The translations under genes were made by a program, and so were the position numbers. From an uncultured bacterium (GTDB lineage Bacteria > Chloroflexota > UBA5177 > JANWHV01): a DNA stretch of 64,000 nucleotides. The notes under the pieces were generated by a model. The model searched no databases, was not told where the DNA came from, and was given only the letters and a program-made list of their open reading frames with translations. The stretch spans positions 992,001 to 1,056,000 of the forward strand of contig CAWHAE010000009.1 of the NCBI GenBank assembly GCA_963827235.1, written 5' to 3'. Positions 60,976-64,000 of this stretch are shown here, in pieces. The stretch's first letter is position 1. Each line of letters opens with the position of its first letter.

Positions 60976-61418
60976 TCACGGCCAGTAAAACCATCGGAGA
61001 CACCACGTCTCGATGCTGGATAGACCTGCAATTCACGCAACAACGACTCAATTCGTGTGTGGACGGAACCCAACCGCAACTGTATACTGCCGCTGGATTG
61101 CATCACCTCCAGACCGGTGAACGAATGTGTGGTTCCACGGCCAGCTCGTTTCTCCTGGATACCTTTGAGGTCCTGGTCCTGATCAAGGTGTGTCACGGCA
61201 TCGGGCGAGACGCCGATCCACTTGATACCGGTCATCGGCCCCACGATCACGGCAACCGCCCAATCCTGCATCCGCGTATACTGCGTCGCTTGCATGAGAG
61301 CGACCACGGCAGCGAGCGCTTGCGGCAGCGTCTCGCAACTCGCCACGATCGTGCCCTTCTTTACGCTGACATCCGGCCGCGGGCCGCGGCTATGGCTGCG
61401 CCCAAACACGTCATCCAT
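60954..61418 (-). CDS. Hypothetical protein
   Basis: RBS GGAGG before MDDVF; co-directional with its neighbours. Confidence 0.5.
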   Translation of the reverse strand: MDDVFGRSHSRGPRPDVSVKKGTIVASCETLPQALAAVVALMQATQYTRMQDWAVAVIVGPMTGIKWIGVSPDAVTHLDQDQDLKGIQEKRAGRGTTHSFTGLEVMQSSGSIQLRLGSVHTRIESLLRELQVYPASRRGVSDGFTGRDCAMCAL

Positions 61419-61771
61419 TTCTACCTCCATACACCGGGTCTATCCCGACGCGACACGCGCCATGCCTGACGCACAAGACCAACTGCGAATTGCGATACGC
61501 GCGGGGCTACACGCGGCCAACGGAGCGTTCAAAGACGCCACGGGGGCGTCGCAGGCGTCTGCTGGTGAGGGGTCAATAGGCAGGGATCCAGAGTCAGAAC
61601 GCCTGACCACCCTCACGTCCTCCCTCCTCCTGCGGGGACGATTACCTGCAACGGCGCCGAGCGGGGCGCTGGCCTGCCGAGGGTCACAGACAGAGTTGTC
61701 GTGCGAGGGATCGAACCCATCCAAGATGTGGGGTGGATCACCGGTCGCCGAGCGCGGCGCCGGGACGCGCG

Positions 61772-62542
61772 CTAGGTCGCGCGGTACGGCAGGATGAAGC
61801 TTTCGGGGCAATCGTCGCGGAAGGAGCAGCGCGAGCAGGTATCGAGCGTCGACGTTGCTTTCAGATCGTCCGGACGCAGCGCGTCAAGCCAGTCCAGCAC
61901 CGATCGGAGGTGATCCTGCACGTCCTCCCAATCCATAGTGATGTCGATCATCTCGTAGGTGTTGAGGTCTGCCACGACGACGCGATGCCAGCAATCCCGC
62001 ATCCGCGGCGGGACCTGCGGCCCTCTCAGAACGATGCCGTCGATGGCTGCCATCATGTGGGTGGCGAGCACATCCAGCGTGGGATGCTTGGCCGAGGATA
62101 GCTCCAGCGCGACGACGGTGCCGTCCGGATCTTCGGCCAGCACGTCCGGCCGGGCCTGAAACACGCGGCCGTCGAACACGTTCTGCAGGGTGTACTCCAC
62201 GGCGACGATACGCCGGCCTTCAACGGCACCGATGAACGGGTTTTCGCGAGCGTACCGCACGAGCCACGCGAGCCCGGCCGGGTTGGGCTCCGCTTCCCCG
62301 CCGGCCCGCACCCAGGCCGCCTTCCACAGATCGCCGAGCACGTTTTCGTCCACGACGGCGCGGCGCTGCGACAGGAGGCGGTGCAAGGCGGCCACAGCGG
62401 TATGGCGAGCCCGATACGCGATCAGAAACTCGTTGGGCGCTGGCGCCGGCGCGTTGCCGTATTCCCCGCGCACGATCTGCCGGTACGCCCGCACGTCGCA
62501 GGCGCTCCCCGCCAGCACTGCCGTCTTCGTAATGGGTCCCAC
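61772..62542 (-). CDS. PD-(D/E)XK (RecB/AddB/Cas4-like) protein with a putative 4Fe-4S staple
   Basis: RBS GAGGAG before GTG; N-terminal Cys (SAC), H helix (ALH), AVE, ARPD..LELSS and C-terminal CSRCSFRDDC. Confidence 0.8.
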   Translation of the reverse strand: MGPITKTAVLAGSACDVRAYRQIVRGEYGNAPAPAPNEFLIAYRARHTAVAALHRLLSQRRAVVDENVLGDLWKAAWVRAGGEAEPNPAGLAWLVRYARENPFIGAVEGRRIVAVEYTLQNVFDGRVFQARPDVLAEDPDGTVVALELSSAKHPTLDVLATHMMAAIDGIVLRGPQVPPRMRDCWHRVVVADLNTYEMIDITMDWEDVQDHLRSVLDWLDALRPDDLKATSTLDTCSRCSFRDDCPESFILPYRAT

Positions 62543-62605
62543 GGTCTTGGTTCTCCTCTCCGGTATGGCCTCTAGACATCGCTCTATCAGTAGCGTACAA
62601 TTGCA

Positions 62606-62647
62606 ACTATACGCGGATGGACGATCAATGTCAAGAACACGTGTTCT
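62606..62647 (-). promoter_or_regulatory. sigma70 promoter abutting a perfect LexA box
   Basis: Minus-strand TTGACA (62634-62629)-17 bp-TATAGT (62611-62606); AGAACACGTGTTCT at 62634-62647. Confidence 0.85.
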
Positions 62648-62707
62648 AGGATTCGTCTCGCGTCCGCAAGGCGCGACGAACGAGCAGAGAAGGAGAGGGA
62701 GGGGACC

Positions 62708-63251
62708 ATGAGCGACCAAGAAGGACCGGCGCGATCGCCAAAACGCGGGGAGGGTCGCCGGCAGCGCACGCCCATCACGGAGGTCGATCAACGAGTGCAG
62801 GATCGCCTGGTACGGTTCCGCAAGTACCTCACCGACGTGCTGAAGGAACGCGGCATCTCGATGCGCAAGCTGTCGCTGCAGACCGGCAAGTACGAGGGCT
62901 ACTACCTGAACCTGCTCACAGCGCCGGAACTCGGAGCGCAGGCGCTGCCCACGCCCGAAGACCTGCGCCTGCTGGCGCCGATCATCGGCGCCCCGGTCGG
63001 CCAACTGTTCGAACTGGTCTGGGGCATCACGCGCTCAGAGATCGAGAGCGATCTCAGAAGCGGTAGCCGCGCACTCCGGCGTCTGCGCCGAGAACCGCAC
63101 CGGGTTTTCCAGGGCAGAGTTCGCCGACTTTACGCCCCAAGAGCAAGAGGAGATCCGCAACTTCCTGGGCTACGTGCGCGCCAAGCAGGAGAAGCGCAGG
63201 CTCGAGCAGGCCGAGGCACGAGCGAACAAAGGCGGCAAGGAGCGAAAGTAA
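62708..63251 (+). CDS. XRE/ImmR-like HTH repressor (apparent 1-bp frameshift near 63057)
   Basis: KERGISMRKLS..TG HTH; the alternative frame gives FTPQEQEEIRNFLGYVRAK..* ending in TAATG coupled to the next gene. Confidence 0.75.
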
Positions 63252-63730
63252 TGAATGCCTGGCCACCCCTTTGCCTGCCGCCTGTGGACCCGGATCAGGT
63301 GGCGCAGGACCTCGGCATCGCCGTGAGCTACTGGGACCGCTTGCCGTGCCTGGGCATCTTCGCACGCACTCGCGACGGCTGCGCCGAAATCGCGCTGCGC
63401 GGAGATTTGCAACAACCGCGGAACGAGCGATTGCGCCGGGTCACGCTGGCGCACGAGCTGGGGCACGCGGCGCTGCACGCTGGCACGTACACCTCGCCGC
63501 TACACTGCCACCGGCCCGACTTCACGGCGTCGCGCATCGAGTTCCAGGCCGAGCGCTTTGCCGGCGAGATGCTCTGCCCGGAGAGCCTGGTACAAGCGCT
63601 CTGCCGCGATCGCGGCGAGATCGGACCCGAAGAGATCGAAGAACTAGCAGACGCGGTGCAGGCTCCGAACGAGTTCGTCGGCTGGTGGGTAGCGTTCTTG
63701 GCCCGAAGCGGTCGAATAGTGTTGCCTTGA
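63251..63730 (+). CDS. ImmA/IrrE family Zn metallopeptidase
   Basis: PVDP..VA..LGI.V, RRVTLAHELGH (HExxH) and E.QA.RFAGEML.P; RBS AAGGAG. Confidence 0.9.
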   Translation: MNAWPPLCLPPVDPDQVAQDLGIAVSYWDRLPCLGIFARTRDGCAEIALRGDLQQPRNERLRRVTLAHELGHAALHAGTYTSPLHCHRPDFTASRIEFQAERFAGEMLCPESLVQALCRDRGEIGPEEIEELADAVQAPNEFVGWWVAFLARSGRIVLP

Positions 63731-64000
63731 GCGCGGGACAAATCCACACATCAAGCGCAGTAATTTAGGCGGCCAAATCGATCAGCAGCGTAACCATCCA
63801 TGCGGGAGCACGAAGGAGCGGGTTGATGCGAGGAGAGGGATGGTCTTCTGAGCGTTGGGCGCGTAGAAAGGATCGAGCATGGGGATCTGCTTGCGAACCG
63901 GGAGCTATCACCAGCAACCACGTTGATGAAACTGCAAAACCGCATCGAACGAAATTTGACGCAAGCCCACAACAGAACGATGAGGAGAGGCCAATGTGAT

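Larger units (their letters stand above)
53422..64000 (-). mobile_element. Tn7-like transposon of the TnsAB-fusion type; far end not found in the window
   Basis: Terminal TGT, three 18-bp end repeats, tnsAB-tnsC-tniQ and an abrupt GC drop. Extent beyond 59823 is inferred from the absence of a second end or of the capsid remainder. Confidence 0.85.

Noticed and set aside
59830-61770. Second transposon end near tnsAB
   Set aside because: By eye, no copy of the 18-bp site, no terminal ACA followed by AGATC, and no capsid C-terminus.
61772-63004. 410-aa version of the PD-(D/E)XK ORF
   Set aside because: The N-terminal extension runs through the promoter and antisense to the HTH gene; the RBS supports GTG at 62542.
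62708-63730. Natural 340-aa HTH-ImmA fusion
   Set aside because: The joining segment is Arg-rich and not protein-like, while the alternative frame gives a typical repressor C-terminus with TAATG coupling and an RBS.
53500-64000. CRISPR array or cas genes making this a CAST
   Set aside because: No regularly spaced direct repeats and no Cas5/6/7/8/10/12 ORFs seen; the Cas4-like genes lack cas1/cas2. Such genes could still lie beyond the window.

Overview
GC-rich bacterial window, probably from a Chloroflexota-like soil organism (inferred from gene content, not verified). Bases 1-44300 are ordinary chromosome. They hold signalling genes (FHA-ABC exporter, GAF-GGDEF-HD-GYP), two sugar ABC loci with DeoR and LacI regulators, glutamine synthetase III, an NRAMP transporter, an orphan Dam-type methylase, a lower-GC kinase-HAD plus DHS-like gene pair, several gene remnants, secreted proteins and a BTAD/NB-ARC/TPR regulator. 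From 44656 a sigma70 promoter with a LexA-type box drives a phage-like head/lysis operon: portal, membrane protein, MazG-like protein, C5 methylase, XF1762/Mom-like GNAT, GH25 lysin and protease-Mu gpT capsid. It has no integrase, replication gene or terminase in view and carries the host's own REP-like hairpin repeats, so it is a candidate domesticated, GTA-like system. Its capsid gene is cut at 53422 by the end of a Tn7-like element (fused TnsAB, TnsC, TniQ/TnsD). Upstream of the tns genes lie two paralogous, catalytically atypical PD-(D/E)XK/Cas4-like genes behind a perfect LexA box, and a divergent XRE/ImmA pair. Several single-base frameshifts may be assembly errors. No CRISPR array, tRNA or rRNA was seen.
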